NCBI GenBank assembly: GCA_964016885.1
Contig: OZ024742.1
Coordinates: 119,164,001-119,228,000 of the forward strand
DNA from: Eledone cirrhosa
Lineage: Eukaryota
Reading direction: 5' to 3'
Length of the DNA stretch: 64,000 nucleotides
Below are positions 12,185 through 28,053 of this stretch, one piece after another. Position numbers and translations under genes: made by a program. Under the pieces are notes generated by a model. It was not told the DNA's origin. It ran no database searches and saw only the letters and a list, made by a program, of their open reading frames with translations. Numbering within the stretch: position 1 is the first letter of the stretch; the number at the start of each line of letters is the position of its first letter.

Positions 12185-13464
12185 CAATAATTTGATACTC
12201 TCTGCAAAAGAGTTTCACTCGGTCAATTAAGCGGCTACCAAAAATCTTGATCTCCAAATGACATGGCAGAGCAGAGTCTCTTTATCTCTGGTTGGTGCCA
12301 GTGGTCTGGAGGGACTGGCAAATTTGGGGTTAAATGAGATAAGTTTTTTTTCTAAGTCATTCTACCCTGGTTTCTCGGAAGATAAGGACATACTTTGAGT
12401 TGCTCAAGAGTAGAGAGATGTAGCGTTTAGCCAAATGCTCCAACCCAGTCGACAGGGTTAGACTACTTCTATAAAGGTTAGATTACTATTACATTCACAC
12501 AAACCAACATAACACACAATTCATTCAGCTCTTTGTTGTTTTATTGTCTTATCGACAATAGCTTCGAAGTAAATTCTTTATGTAGAGACCATGTTTTACT
12601 TGTTCATTCCTCAGCATCTTCTCCACAGCTCTTCCATATGGGAGATTTTTTTACCTGCTTCATTATCACCCAGCACGCCAACAATACCAACTACTACAAA
12701 CTCTGCCACGCTCAAATAAACAACAACAATCTCAAGCCAAACCTTCGATCACTACATCCACTCAACTGCGCCACATTCAACAACTCAACATCCACTTGTA
12801 CTACACTTCAATTTAACTAGATATCTTTTCGTTACACACACACACACACATATATGTATATAAGCGGTGACATCGCAGCTTACTAAAGATCTTGTAGAGG
12901 CTAAACAGATGTTTATTATACATAGATATATGTCTCCATATATGCTTCCATACAACCCTATTACACACACACACACACATATATACATGTGTGTGTGTGT
13001 TTGTGTGTGTTTGTGTGTGTGTGTTTGTATATAATAATTAAATATGCGCTAAGCAAGCGAAGTTTACAATAAATCTATATCTGTATGTATGTATATATGC
13101 ACAGTACAGAGGTAATCGAGACAGCGTAAATGTGTTTATAAATTTATTCATTGCGTAAACGACAAATTTTATGTATTTTCCTGTAAATCGAAAAAATAAT
13201 AAATATCTAAAATCGATTTTCGAACGTTTTAGGTATGTATATCATCTACAAACGATAGGGAAATAGGTAAGAGAGAAGTTTATACACCCTGTAACTTAAT
13301 ACAGTAATAGCATAGAAAAAGACGTAACAATTTGTAATTATTAGAGCTCGTGTTGGTAGTTTTCGTAATATATGTTATGTTGAGCATTAGGCAGCCGAAG
13401 TATACAATACATTTATATATATATAAATATAAACATATACAGTGCAGACCTAAATCTAATATAC

Positions 13465-13602
13465 AATTGTTTCTACTTTAGGCACAATGCCAGCAAATAC
13501 CCAGTACATTACTGGTACTTTATTTTATCGACCCCGTAAGGATGAAAGGCAAAGTTAACCTCGGCGGGATTTGAACTCAGACTGTAAAGGGACGTAACTA
13601 AT
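13465..13602 (-). mobile_element. Family A SINE (partial)
   Basis: Core and B-box as in other copies. Confidence 0.85.
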
Positions 13603-14929
13603 GATTGGAAGACTGCGAGACTGTGTCAGGGATATTTTTTCTGAAAATGTTATTAAAATAAGTTGGATTACTTTGAATAAATCATGAATGAATATTATGT
13701 AAATTCTACAAAATTTCGTAGCCCTTGATTAAACATAAATATTGTTATATATAATGTATTGCTTATTTTAAGATCCACTTCTTTCCGGTTAACGTCCGTT
13801 ATATCATAACACCTAGCCGTACGCTATATATCGCTTATATAAACGTTTATATATTTGCATCATAACGTTTATACTTCCGTTGCTAATTTTCTCCTTTTTC
13901 GTTTTCATAACATTTTGCCGTAATGCAGTTTATATATAATGTCGTCTTTTTTAAATGTATTACTTTACTGATTACAATTTCTGTACATATTTCTGTGCAT
14001 ATTTCTGTGCATATTTCTTTACATATTCTCAATTACGATTTCATTTGACGTATCATATCTACATGCATATTTGCGTATAATATACACACTGCACATGCTA
14101 GCAGAAAACCACCCGAAGGAGGTTATTTATGGAGTATAATAATTTATATATCGAATATATATACAAGTATTTATGTCAACGTTTACGTATTTTCTTGCCT
14201 CATATTTTTAACTAGTGTAGCACGAGCTAGACAAGTATTTTGCAGAAATGTTTAAGCCTCTAAAGGTTGACGAGCCGCATAAATAAGATTGGTGCGTACA
14301 TATCAACTCAATCTTTTTCTTCTTTGTAACTTTACTCCCAGGAAAAGTACATGCTAAATAGATAATACAAATGCAACTATAAACACACACATACATCTGC
14401 ACATAAATCCACACACACATCTGCACATAAATCCACACACACACACAATGGCATCCAAGTGGCTGTATAAAGTTTCCCATTAATTGCAGATGCCATTCTC
14501 TGTTTCAAGTGTTTGATAATCAAGCTAGAAATCTACTATATAATATATAACGGAATGTTAGTGACCTTTGAATAGTGATTTCTTTATTGTATGTTATCTA
14601 TCTAAACTGGTATTGCTGCTAAGCAAAAAAAGATTTTTTAGGTATAGTAACTAAAGTAAGGTGGAATATTACTTTTAGTTCATTCTTAAAAACAAGCGGG
14701 GGCGTGTTTTAGAAAATGTTAGAGGACTGGAATAAACAGCTCTTACACTCTAGGTTGAAATTCCGCCTGGTCAGCGTATTGTTGGGAAGTTGACGTTGCC
14801 TCCTGAGCATCAGACCCGGTGTTTCTGCAGGCCGCTTGTTGGCTCCATCAGAAGATGAAATAGAAAGATAGAGATTGAGAATGGAACATTTTTTTTAGAT
14901 AAAACGTACGCGTGGTGTCAACCATATAT

Positions 14930-16085
14930 ATAAAGAATTAAAGAAATGAAAAGTGGTGAGAACGCTGGATCGTGAGAAATAGTCGCTGAGATGTTAAAGG
15001 CATCAGGAGAAGTAGGAACTAAACTAGTTACACGCATAAGTCAATCAAGTTATATATGGTGGAGTCATACCCAAAGACTGGTGCAGCAGTATACTTGTTA
15101 ATTGTTACAAAGGTAAAGGGGATGCTCCTGAGAGGAGCAATTATAGGGGTATAAAACAGATGGATCAAGTTATGAAAGTGACAGAAAGAGTGTTAGCACA
15201 ACTAATTAGAGATAGAGTCAAATTAGATGAGATGCAGTTTGGTTTTGTGCTCGGGAAAAGTACAACAGATGCCATCTTCTTAGTGAGACAACTAGAAGAG
15301 AATTACTTAGGAAAGAATAAGCCACTATACCTAGCTTTTGTTAACCTAGAGGAGGCCTTTGATAGAGTACCTCCATCTGTCATCTGGTGGTCCCTAAGGA
15401 AACTAGGTTTAGAGGAATGGCTTGTGATGACAGTGCAAACTATGTATAGAGGAGCTGTCAGTAAAGTGAGGGTAGGAATGGAGTTTAGTTAGGAATTCCA
15501 GATACAAGTAGGAGTTCATCAAGGTTCGGTCCTCAGCCCACTTTTATTCATTATAGTTCTCCAAGCCATAACAGAGGAGTTTAAGACTGGCTGCATATCG
15601 TCTTTATGCTGACGATCTGATACTTATAGCGGAATCAGTAGAGGAGCTGGAGAATAAATTCCGGCTATGGAAACAGCAGTTGAAATCAAGGGCACTGAGA
15701 GTGAACCTAGCAAAGACTAAAGTGTTGATAAGTAGAAAAGATGACATGACTCTCATTCCACCAGGGAAATGGCCATGCTCGATATGTAGAAAAGGAGTTG
15801 GCATAAGCTCTATAGAATATACATAATGCAGATCTTGGGTACACAAGAGGTGTAGTGGGATAGCAGGCAAACTAACAGGAAAGGAAAATTTTGTATGTAG
15901 TTGATGTTCAGGGAAAATTGATAGTAGAAGAGTCAATGATAGGCACATTTTTCAAATGCAGGTAGGATCTATAGAGGTGGTTGAGCGCTTCCTAGTAGAA
16001 GGAAGTCGCAGTAGAGGACGACAAAGAAAGACCTGGGCAGAAGTTGTACAACCGTGGAAAAACCGGACACAAAAACGATGATGAT
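14930..16085 (+). pseudogene. Decayed RTE-like LINE fragment (RT plus Cys-rich insert)
   Basis: MQFGF..STTDAIF..AFVNLEEAFDRVP, GVHQGSVLSP, YADD, WPCSICRKGVG..WVHKRCSG; (ATG)n tail at about 16078. Confidence 0.88.
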
Positions 16086-16476
16086 AATATATATATATTC
16101 ATAATTATACACACAGTATATAAGGAAACAGGCAAGTGTCAATTATCATCAGAAATAACGGTACATTTCTACGTCGTAGAAATTTAATTTTTCTCATAGG
16201 GCCATTCGTTACTTCAATGTATTTAGCTACCACTTTTATGTTTTCATCTGATTAAAGCTTTCAAACTTGTTAGAATTAAATATCTAAAAATAATTAATCT
16301 CCCGGAAAGGAATGCGTGAGAAAAAAAGCCCAGTTAGGGAAATAGCACGCAATTGCTCTACTATTTCAAACCTTGTTAAATTTGTATTACAATGATATTG
16401 TTAGTCACATGTTGACAACAATTGAGTAACATCCACCCACAGAGAGAGAGAGAGTGAGAGAGAGAGAGAGAGAGAG

Positions 16477-16522
<46 letters not shown>

Positions 16523-16558
16523 GGGAGAAAAAAGAGAAAGATGTATATATATATATAT

Positions 16559-16846
<288 letters not shown>

Positions 16847-16896
16847 AAATAAAGTTAAATAAAAAGTCAAATGTTTAAAATTTAGCTTCGTTTATT

Positions 16897-16951
16897 ACTG
16901 CTATATATATTTCAGTGACAGCCATCTTTGGCTGTAACCTCTTCAGGCAGT
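16897..16951 (-). ncRNA. Intact-looking type I hammerhead ribozyme
   Basis: Stem I ACTGC/GCAGT; CTGAAGA; stem II ACAGCCA/TGGCTGT; GAAA; self-complementary TATATATA stem III; ATA cleavage triplet. Confidence 0.82.
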
Positions 16952-17098
16952 CCGAATTAGTGTGGTATATATGTTGGTATACAACCAACATATACTCAAA
17001 ATCTATGTATATATATATATACACACACACACACGCACGCACGCACGCACGCACGCACACACGCACACACGCACACACACACGCACACACACACACAT

Positions 17099-17208
<110 letters not shown>

Positions 17209-18461
17209 GGAGAGAGTGAGAGAGAGAGGGAGAGCTGATGGTATAAGGAATTCACGAAAATGATGGAGAATATGATAATATATAGTTAATATAATAATTA
17301 GTTTCGTTGAGAAGAACTTAACACCACCCGTTTCAAGGATTTAATAACATGTTTGGTATGGAATAATTTAAAGATATTTTACGAAGTCAAATACTTGCAT
17401 TTGTTAAGATCCTAGATGTGATGCTGCATACAAAATATTTTAATATTTTTGTTTTTCTTATCAATCATTGGTTAGCAAACAATACATTTCAATATTTAAA
17501 AAAAAGCCTCAATTTTATAGTAAATTATTCATATATAGACACACACACACACACAAGCACAGACACATATATCTCTAGTAAATATCCTTTTGAAACATAC
17601 CTAACATAGAACTTGGCACACAACACCTAACAAAGAAGGCCACTGGACTCTACACATAGGGTTACACATGGGCCCGCATACGAGCATATTATTTATCTGT
17701 GAGAAATTTTCTATATGAATTCATGTGTTTACAGGATTATATCCATGCATTTAAAAAAAAGTAAGTTTTCCTGTGTGAGAAGAATTTAAACAGGGAATGT
17801 TTCTTGGTTGAATGGGATACCAGGGACTAAAGACGTCCAAATAGTGTGTCACAATACAGTACTTTGTGAATCCTCGATTCCAAGAAAGGAGAGAGTGACA
17901 GAAAAATGACTTGTCCGTTGAGGAAAACAGGTAAACTAGATGGTGTGACACTTGACTTGAAGAATAATATATAAATACAAAAAAAGAATCTCATTTTTTT
18001 TTACTGTTGAATATATATTCATTTATATATTCATCCAATTGCATGTATTTACTTCATTCTATTATTTTTACCTAACCCTAACCGCATCTCCTATAATTCT
18101 TTATCTTAATTTATTTATTAACCTTATCTCAATTTATTTATTTGTATTTCCATAATTCCCATTTTGTCATCATCTTATTGTGCGACCATGCTCCTCTGTG
18201 TAATCTTGGTTTCACTTTAACATTCACTTCTTCTTCTTGACATCTCTCTCTCCACCTCGGTCTTTTATCATGTTAGATAAGCTTCGCTCTCTGACTTTCC
18301 CTCTCATCTCTTATAATTCTTGTATATCTGCCCACAACAACAATACTACACCGTTCTCCTTTCTTTCACTTCGTTTTCTCTGTTCCCGCCACTCCTTCAT
18401 CTTTCTTTCTTTCTTTCGCTCTCTCTCTTACTATCTGTATATTGTTATTAATAATTTAGCG

Positions 18462-18598
18462 TAGAGTTACGGCCCTTGCCATTCTGAGTTCAAATCCCGT
18501 CGAGGTTAACTTTGCCTTTCATCCTTAGGGGGTCGATAAAATAAAGTACCAGTAATGCACTGGGTAATTGCTGCCCTTGTGCCGAAAGAAGAAACAGT
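18462..18598 (+). mobile_element. Family A SINE (5' truncated)
   Basis: B-box, core, 3' end. Confidence 0.85.
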
Positions 18599-18876
18599 TA
18601 TTAATAATTTAGCGTTAAAAAGCGTGAAAAACATATATTGCCACGAAAAAAGCCATAAAATATCACGGAAGATATTTACGATTCCTCGAATATGTGGTGG
18701 TTTCCATGAACACTTTTTAGTTAGGTTCTAACGAAAATTCTGCGAATGACCGAGACCGCCAATTTCGGGTCGCGAATGCCGGGGGTACACTGTATTTTGA
18801 ATAAAATCTTCAGATTGTGTTTGAAAAAGCGGTAATGCGAAAGTCGGATTAATTATTATAAATACGTATAATGATA

Positions 18877-19450
18877 ATGTCAAGAGAGAAAAGCAAAACA
18901 TTGACCTTGAATGTTGCTTTTTTTAAAGAACATTGGAGCGTAGAATATTTTGTAATTGTAAACAACAATAAGTAGTGTATGTAATATACAGTGAGACTAT
19001 TGCAGTGCTAAATAACTAGATTATAGGTCGGCATAGCCTACGTAGCATTCATTTCACTATTCGCAGCTAACAGGAAATTACGTCATGAGAAATTCGAAGG
19101 CTTGAACAGAGTATTTCATGACAACAATCATTTTTCCCCAGGATAAAATGTTAATAATTCTTTCTAATGTTGGCTCAAAGCCAGCAATTTGAGGAAAGAG
19201 GGAAGTCGATTATATCAATTCCAGTATTCAGTACTTAACTGGTACTTTATTTGTTCAGTGTTTTTCAGATCCCAGTCATAATGTAAAAACATTACAAATC
19301 GTTTCACTGCATTATCAAGGAACTTGCATCAGATCTTCAACCGGGAGTTTTTTCATTTGCAGTCATATAACATGTTAAACGTCAACGACGAAGGATATAC
19401 TTCTTTAAATCCTTTTTAAAGTTGAAGTATATTAAATCCGTTTATAGGTC
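18877..19450 (+). pseudogene. Relic of hAT (Buster/Charlie/SPIN-like) transposase, interrupted by a SINE at about 19160-19252
   Basis: Broken translation IDLECCFFKEHWSVEYF..SETIAVL..RH..YSQLTG..RHEKF resembles the N-terminal zinc-finger region of GTF2IRD2/SPIN-type transposases. Confidence 0.62.
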
Positions 19451-22400
19451 AGGAACAACAAAATTTGAACTTCAATTTGACAATATTATAAATTTAGTAA
19501 AAGGCAATTTGAAATAACAAAATATATTAATCCCACGGGATTAATTTGTTCTATATACATAATTTGATTTTAAAAACTCATGGCAGACCTCTTATCGGCA
19601 AAGTGATTTTGTCACAGCATTTTCTATTTAATTTAACCACTTAAAAACCTTCTCGGTTGCATTACTCTTACGTTGCATCATCATTCTCATCTTCAGACCG
19701 ACCTCACAAATTATGTTTTTTTCCTTCCTTTCTTGGTTTCATGAAACGAAACTAATATTTTAGAGAATCATTCGAAGTAAAATAAGAGAAAAATTACCCC
19801 TAAATAACATAAAAGGGCGACGTTTATCAAGGCATGTTTGACATTAAGATATTTTACTATTATGTCTATTGCTTTTATAGATAAGATTGAATTAACATAG
19901 CAGTATTTGGTTTTGTGTCACAGATTTCTCAGGTCTTACAAAATGTACACCCTGCGTATAATTCAGGAATTTTAAAACGCTTTTGTAGAAATTTCACAGC
20001 GATATCTAGTATAGCTGATAGCTACTATTTGTCACGTGTCTGGTTTTGTGAGAAATTTAAGTGTGAGAATGTGTTAAAACAATGTTATTAGATTACAGTC
20101 ATGTGTTTAAACAAACTGTCTTTGTTGTTGTGATTTAGTCCTATGTCAATGCTAGTTTAGAAGATATATGATGAAAGTCATCTCAACCATCACCATCCGT
20201 CTTTTTGTGGCCTTCTTTTTTTTAATACAGTGAGGTTGTGAATTTATGAAATTTATCTATTATTTCTAGCAGGTCGAGTGATCGCCCAAGAAGTTCCCTT
20301 GTTGACTCGATGGTTTTGTTTGTATGAAGAGTTGGAGTATTTATAAATTTACGAATATTTACACTCAGCTAATCTTATTGAATTTATTTAGTGGTATTTT
20401 TTCATTATGTTTTTCCAATTCCTTATCACCCTTTTCTTGATTAGGGCTCATTTAGTTATGTTTATCTCAATATTAAACATTGAGGAGTGTTTTAATTATG
20501 GTCAATTACTCTGAATTTAGTTTCACTTACTCTCTCTTTTTCTCTTACACACATCACACATCGCACACACACAAACACATACACACTCACAAATACACAG
20601 ATTATGAGAGTACCTTTTAAGAAAAACCACAAACAAAACAATAGAGATAAGAAAATGAAACATACTTCATTCAGACATCTCATTCAAGAAGGTATATACA
20701 AACATATACTATACTCCCATCTTTATACATTCACACAACCCTCCGCTAACTACTAACCCTCTATAAGTTTTATTTGAGACGCACAATAGATCACATCTGA
20801 GACAGTGTTGCAGTTACATGGACATTCCAGGACCCCCCCCCCTCAAAAGATAATGCGACTTAGTCGTAAGAAGTTGCCCACAAACATACTCCAACCATTG
20901 GTTTACAGGCGTATTGACTTCTCTCCATGACATTTCTAACTGTACTATACACTTCAGACCTGGGAGGGATCATATTTCTACCCCAACCCCTACACTTGAC
21001 ACACTCATTTCTCGCCCCTTTATTCACTACCGCCGAAAGCCACACTAACCATTAGCCCCAGGTTTTCTCCACCAGAACGTCGTCTCCGAAATTTTCGCTT
21101 TGCAGGTTTTTTTCAACAGCAGTCGACTTATAACTAACCAAGTAAATCGTTAACTACGTGGGTGTGACTGGTCTCGGAAGGCCAGCGAAGGCTATTTTCA
21201 CAGCATCCTTCCTCTCAACCAATCCAATAAAAAAGAATCTGAGACAATCTTCTGCTTTCGAGTGTAGCTTATGAACCTAATGAAACAAGTCAAACTTAAA
21301 CTCGGCAAAGTTACCAGCCTGATATAATTCAGCAAACGCCACGAAGGTATGTTAAAGATATATATCCTCCCTCATATGTCAGCTGTTTCACATCTGCTTT
21401 ACTTGTGGTTTATTTCCAGTGGAAGATATTTATTCATATGTATGAATATAGAGTCAATCCAACAAAAAACAGCTTGTATCCTTGCTCTGATCCATCAATA
21501 CAGTAAAAGTACTAGAATTACATAAACAAATGCTGGGACACCCGTTAGAAAAATAAACTAATTCCGAGTAAACAATTTAACTTCCGACCAAATCATAATA
21601 TAGTGAACCTTCTCTTAACATAGAACAATTACTTAATATAGGCCTCGGACATCAACAAATCTGACACAATAGACTCAACGTCAAAATGAAATTCAAGCTA
21701 GAGAGTTCTTCTGTGGCTTCTAAAGTTACATTATCATCCCAATAATGCAAGTTTGATCTATCAAAGTTACTTTTTGATGACAATATTCAGATCCGTCAAC
21801 CATACATGTATCGGTTCTACAAAGGTTAATACCAGATTCGTTTCTATGCTCTGTTTCCATAGTGAATTAGAGCAGCAGTACCTTCAGATTAATACCTCAG
21901 CATTATTTCTACCAATACTGTCAGCAATTAAAGGTAATCTTGTATCAGTTACATTACATAAAGAAACTGGAAGGTGGTATTTGATCCGTTAAAATGAAAA
22001 TCAATGGTTTTATCATGACACGGCAAAGCGTTTCCAAAACATTTAATTGCTTGTTGGGAATTGTGCAAGCAATCGTGGGAAGAACTATCTTTAACACAGT
22101 TAGATATATTATTACACGGCTAAACTCCCTACGGGAGGAAGATCCATCATTTACAAAGCACACATCTGAAATATTATAGATGAATGCTTTAAAATCCAAT
22201 AAACTTATTTCAATCAAAACGAAAATTCTCATGATCATCACAGCTTTTGAAAAAATGTTTCTCTAGCAGACGATAAGTTGCTGCATCAACAATGCACAAA
22301 ACCATCGCAATTTAGAGATAGGCTGCTATCGCAGTATAAATGACGTCGTAGTATGAGATCTAATTCTTTCACGTTTTCTCACAAAATGTATTAAAGTGAC

Positions 22401-24533
22401 TCGACGAACAGCTGGATCTGTCCTACACTCTCTAACAACTGTTTGATATAGCATCACAGACCAGCAATATTTCAAAACAGTACAGTTTAGCTTATCTCCC
22501 AGCATGCCGGATGAACCAAACTGACGGCAGACCCGAAACATTTTAACCAGAGCGTTGATTCAGAGACAGCGTGAACATGCCTCTCCAGCCGCCGAATTTT
22601 AAGTTCATTTAGTTAGTGAGTGCTCCTGTCACCACCTCATATTCATCAGTATAGCATCAACCACATCGCTACGCGTTGTGCCAGATAACTGTACAGTTGA
22701 CGACGTCAACGTCTACCGACACGGCTGTTCTCCGCCACAGTACGAGCGGGGTGTTCTTCAACATTTTCAGGTTCCACAGCACTCGTTCAGGAGCCAAAAT
22801 GTATAGAAGCGATGGGAAAAGCGCACGATACCAATCGGTTCCGATAGTTGGCCATTTACCAACGAATAGTTTAATAAAACGCTACTGAAAGGCCACACGC
22901 ATCCGGTTGGAATTGGATATTAAATGCCCTCCATAGTCCGTCAAAGACTGTTGTAGATCATTTACTACGATTTACACCCCCCCCCCCCCCCGGGCTCGAC
23001 GAGCGACGTTTGTGCCTTCAGGCTTTAACGCAGGGGCATAATCTGCACATTGTTGCTTACGTATTTAACATTAAAGAATTAATCCAGTACTATTCTTGTT
23101 ATTACTTCGGCGACGAATTCCTTTTTGCAAGCCTCTTGTATTTCAGCTTTTAATCTAGCTCTAGTCTAACATTTTCTATTGCTATTTTCTTACTATCTCT
23201 AACAAACACTACTTTGTTTTCTTTTCAAACTCATCCACCATCTGTTATTTGTAATTGTCCGCGTCAATTCTCACCGAACGAGCTGTCTAATCCGTTCTCT
23301 GTACGTTTTACGTGTCATAAGCGACGAGATCAGATTCCTGACAACTTATAGACAACTTATACCTACCAAATACACTATCCTAACAACTACTTTTTCTTTA
23401 CATTTATTTTCCTCTTTCAAAAAATATATATATATATATATATATATTTCCCCTTTTATTTACATTTTTATTTCATCTCTACGTTTTGCTTAAAAAAGCA
23501 CAATAAAAAAGCTTAAAGAGAAGTTTACATGAATAAGCGCATAAATGAATGAATAAGTGCCGTTAAATCTTTTACAATGGCTAATAAAAACTTCTGATTA
23601 CTAATAAAACAAAATTACGTTCAAAAGCTTTTTCTCGACTGATGTACAGTTTCTTTTCAACTCATTACATTTCATGATGGCTAGACGACTCGTTAATGAC
23701 CATAACACGAAACAAATGAATAAGAATAATAATTATGATTATGAAAAGTGAAGAAGCATCAAGAAAAATATTCTCTCATCGGTCAGGGACTGCTTGAGAA
23801 TACAAAAATACCCCCCCCCCCCACTGTACTGTCACTCATATCTAAATAAGGTCTCTACAACCCGCTGTGATTTGCTGTTTGATAGATATAAAAGTCTTAA
23901 AAGATTTCAGGGTCTTTCGCATTCATCTTTTCAAAGAGCTAAACCTAAATGTATCTAACTTATCATTTCAGTTGCCCACCAATGAGTTAGGTGCACAGAA
24001 AAATGCCTCCAGACAGCTAAAACATCCAACTGTCTTGATCTCGTTCGGGCATTGACGGCCACCAATCTCAGGGAACAACCTTTGCTTACATTTATATCTA
24101 GAATAACCGATCTACCGACTGGGTTCCGAAATATTATTCTTACCCCAAGACGTAGGTAAATCCTAAACAATACAGCTACCCTATACAATCTGGCTCGACT
24201 GAAAGAAATCTACACTTTATTGTTGGCTCGTAGAAGTGTGAGTGACTGCAAGTCGGAAAACTTAGTCTGAGTTACGGCTACTACATCCAAATAAAGTAAG
24301 ACGTTGAGCAGGTCGCTCTTCTTCCTGATACCAAAGGCTACAAAAATCCAAACATTGAACCATAAATCACGTTATTGTTTCTGTTGGAAAAGAGAAGAAA
24401 ATGAAAAGGGTTAAGTTGTACTTACTTGCTCGGTGTTATTTCTTTCGGGCTCACAAAGAGGGTTGTAGTGTTTCGAGACTTTGGTTTTACAACGAAATGC
24501 TTTGGAAAAATATTTATTTATTGTTTATTTGAA

Positions 24534-24650
24534 GGCGTGTGGCTGAGTGGTTAGAGAATTGGATTCACAATCTTGAGGTTGTGAGTTCGATTCCTGGACC
24601 GAGCGATGCGTTATGTCCTTGAGCAAGACACTTTATTTCACGTTGCTCCT
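24534..24650 (+). mobile_element. tRNA-derived SINE, family B (degenerate minus copy at about 51380-51490)
   Basis: A-box TGGCTGAGTGG, B-box GTTCGATTCC, then TGTCCTTGAGCAAGACACTT. Confidence 0.8.
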
Positions 24651-27169
24651 TCTACCTGGAGTTGCGACCGATAGATAGTATTAGCAACTGGAAGATCGAC
24701 GGAAACATTGTTTCCTCGGTCCGATTTGACGAAAGTCGATCGATCCTTTCCTTTTTTGTGTGTATTGTTTTTACTAACAGCCTATCTTTCTGGAATTTGT
24801 TAGGATATTGTTTTGCATCCCTTTTACCTATTTTTTTCATTTGTTATTTTCCTTGCTTCTTACACCCCTTTCACCTAACTTTTCCATTTGTTTTTTTTTC
24901 CACTAACAGTTTTGTGTAGTCCCGTCTAAAAAACATGAAGTGCGGAAATGTTTATAGCAAATAAAGTGTTCAGGTACCTTTTGCAACTCCCCATTACCCC
25001 TTGCAGAATTGCCAATTGTTTCATTTCTACTCCACGTCAACACAAACAGTGGACTAAAAACGTTGCCTGGAACCTCGAGATAACTTTGTACTGGAATAGG
25101 AGACTTGTCTATCATACCATACATCCCATTAGTGATCACTTACTGATAATGAGGACGAGGTGATTTTATTTTTTCTGATCATCCGCGGATCGAAGAAAGT
25201 TGGTACTCTAGCAGGAGCAGCAGCCTTTTTCGATGTCACTGTGGTTTGTACGTCAGAAACCGATCGTTGTTGTTGCCATATTCTCCTTGAGATTAGTATA
25301 TAGGGAAAAGAGGAGTCAAATGATTATTTAATACCTATTACTTGCAGCGACAGGCTTCTGACATTCATGTAATAAATAATTATCCTTTTTAACACCCAAT
25401 TCACTATAAACGTAAATTTATTGTAGAAGGCCAAATTTCTATACACACAGTAGAATATCTCATATAGAAAACATAACGTAGAAGAACAATTCCAGAAATG
25501 TGGAACATGCTTTATTGATAAATGTTCAATTCCTCATAGCAGGATTATAGGAGGATCACAGTAGGAGTTATCCTGTAGTAGGTCTTTTCATCTCGCTGTC
25601 CAAGAGAGTTATCTCCCTGATGAACCAGAAGGTTTTATAATGAGGCGGCAACAATGTATTCATACGCGATCTAAAACGATTGGTTTGTTTAACCAAATCC
25701 CGTATGAAACATTGTTGCTGCGAGGTATGAAATAGTTCCGGTACAAGCACATTTCATCTTCAAATATGCAGGAGCACCAATCTATGAATCGGCGTTTATC
25801 GCACGAGTGTCCACTGTCTCCATGTCTGTTTTCAGCACCAGGCTTACTGTTCCATACCTATAACTCGTCCAACATAGTAAGCCTCTTGCAACACACAGGA
25901 ACGGGTCTCTGCCTCCGGAAACTTTGATTCATTCCTTGTTCGTTTATGAAGAAGAGTTATGTGGCCACCCTCCTGCATCACTCCTATGCTATGATAGTGT
26001 GGCGTGGTTCTTGGCTACATAACTCGCTCATCTTTTTTCCTTGCTCGAGATCTTCACATTTTCTCACACTTATAAGTTAGGATGTTATTGTTTTATGTTA
26101 TGTTTGTGTCTTTGTAGCTGTTGTTATTGCTGTCAACATTGACCAAGTTCCGGACCACCACCACCACCACCACTACCAACAACAACAACAACAAAAACCA
26201 CGACGTCGACAACAACAATAACAACAGATGGAAGTGACAAAACAGCAGCAACAACAACAACAGCAACAACAAAAACGACTGCAACAACAATAATGTCAAA
26301 CAGCTTCTAACATTGCTAAATACTTTTACCCGGTTTCAATTAGTTTTGTATTGTCACCCGTAGGAATCTTAATTCCTCTCACCTCAAACAATTTGTCCCT
26401 CTTCATAGTAAGGATACTTCCCTTATTAAATGCCGTATTTCATTCTCATGTCCTCGCTGAATACTTGTTTTTCTTTCATACTAAATAATTTCAGGTCAGC
26501 CATAATAGGTGGCTGATGTTTTGTTAAGATTTCTCTAATTCATATCTTGCTCTTACCTTTCTCAAGATATGGGTCATAGGGTTAAGACTGATTAAACAAA
26601 TAAAACTGATAAACTAACCCCGTGAAATATATATTTTTTTATCTTTACTTTTCCAAATTTCTCACCGTCAGACTTGAGTTGTCTCTCTTAGTGGCTCATA
26701 CTGTTTCTGGGGGAATGACTTCAAGTCATCGGCTACTTTGAATATACCCAAATATTCAATAATCCAGGAATACGGGACCATATCAGGTGCCTTTTTATAA
26801 TCAAGGTCATAATATGTATTCTTCTGGGAGACAGTCCCTTTCCTGTGTTATTTTCATGGAGCAGACATGTATCTAGAAATTCTTTGTGGCTCATCTCTCT
26901 ATCATAATTTATATTACTGCTATTAACAAGTTTCTTATTTTTCGTTTTACTCTTTTTTTCGTCGGCGCCATGTTTACAAATATTAATGAAAACTTCATTG
27001 ACAACAAAAATGTTTCACTGTGAAACGTGAAAACACGGAAAAGGATACCGTTTCTCTCCACGTAATCGATCCACACAAACACGAAACAAAATATCCATTG
27101 TGTAAAGTAATCCAAGATGTTTTTCTCAAATAAAAGAGCTTGCATTTTGATTCAACTCAAAACACAGCA

Positions 27170-27870
27170 ATAAGAAAAACAATAGCAGCAACAGTAACTA
27201 CAACAAAAACAGAAACAATAGAAGCAACAATAACTACAACAAAAACAGAAACAATAGAAGCAACAGCAAATACAACAAAAACAGAAACAATAGCAGCAAC
27301 AGAAACTACAACAAAAACAGAAACAATAGCAACAACAGCAACTACAACAAAAACAGAAACAATAGCAACAATAGCAACTACAACAAAAACAGAAACAATA
27401 GAAGCAACAATAACTACAACAAAAACAGAAACAATAGAAGCAACAATAACTACAACAAAAACAGAAACAATAGCAACAACAGAAACTACAACAAAAACAG
27501 AAACAATAGCAGCAAATACAACAAAAACAGAAACAATAGCAGCAACAGCAAATACAACAAAAACAGGAACAATAGCAGCAACAGAAACTACAACAAAAAC
27601 AGAAACAATAGCAGCAACAGAAACTACAACAAAAACAGAAACAATAGCAACAACAGCAACTACAACTAAAACAGAAACAATAGCAGCAACTACAACAAAA
27701 ACAGAAACAATAGCAGCAACAGAAACTACAACAAAAACAGAAACAATAGCAACAACAGTAACTACAACAAAAACAGAAACAATAGCAGCAACAGCAACTA
27801 CAACAAAAAACAGAAACAATAGCAACTACAGCAAAAACAGAAACAATAGCAACAACAACAAAAACAATGA
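27170..27870. repeat. 36-bp minisatellite (about 18 units, with shorter variants)
   Basis: Unit ACAACAAAAACAGAAACAATAGCAGCAACAGAAACT. Confidence 0.95.
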
Positions 27871-27871
27871 T

Positions 27872-28053
27872 AATTGTTTCTACTTTTGGTACAAGGCCAG
27901 CAATTACCCGGTGTATTACTAGTACTTTATTTTATCGACCCCGTAAGGATGAAAGGCAAAGTTAACCTTGGCGGGATTTGAACTCAGAATGGCAAGGGCC
28001 GTAACTCTATGCGTCAAAGCATGGCGTCCGACCCTCTACCGATACTGCCAATC
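27872..28053 (-). mobile_element. Family A SINE, near full length
   Basis: Nearly identical to 46887-47070. Confidence 0.88.

Noticed and set aside
20860-22560. Faint RT-like words suggesting old LINE relics (also about 25600-26040)
   Set aside because: Too decayed to assign family, strand or boundaries by eye
24534-24610. Possible tRNA gene
   Set aside because: A and B boxes present but no proper acceptor stem; continues into a SINE body
27140-27922. 260-aa Thr-rich mucin-like ORF and its 222-aa antisense ORF
   Set aside because: Product of a 36-bp minisatellite lacking stop codons; non-ATG start; runs into a SINE; no splice evidence
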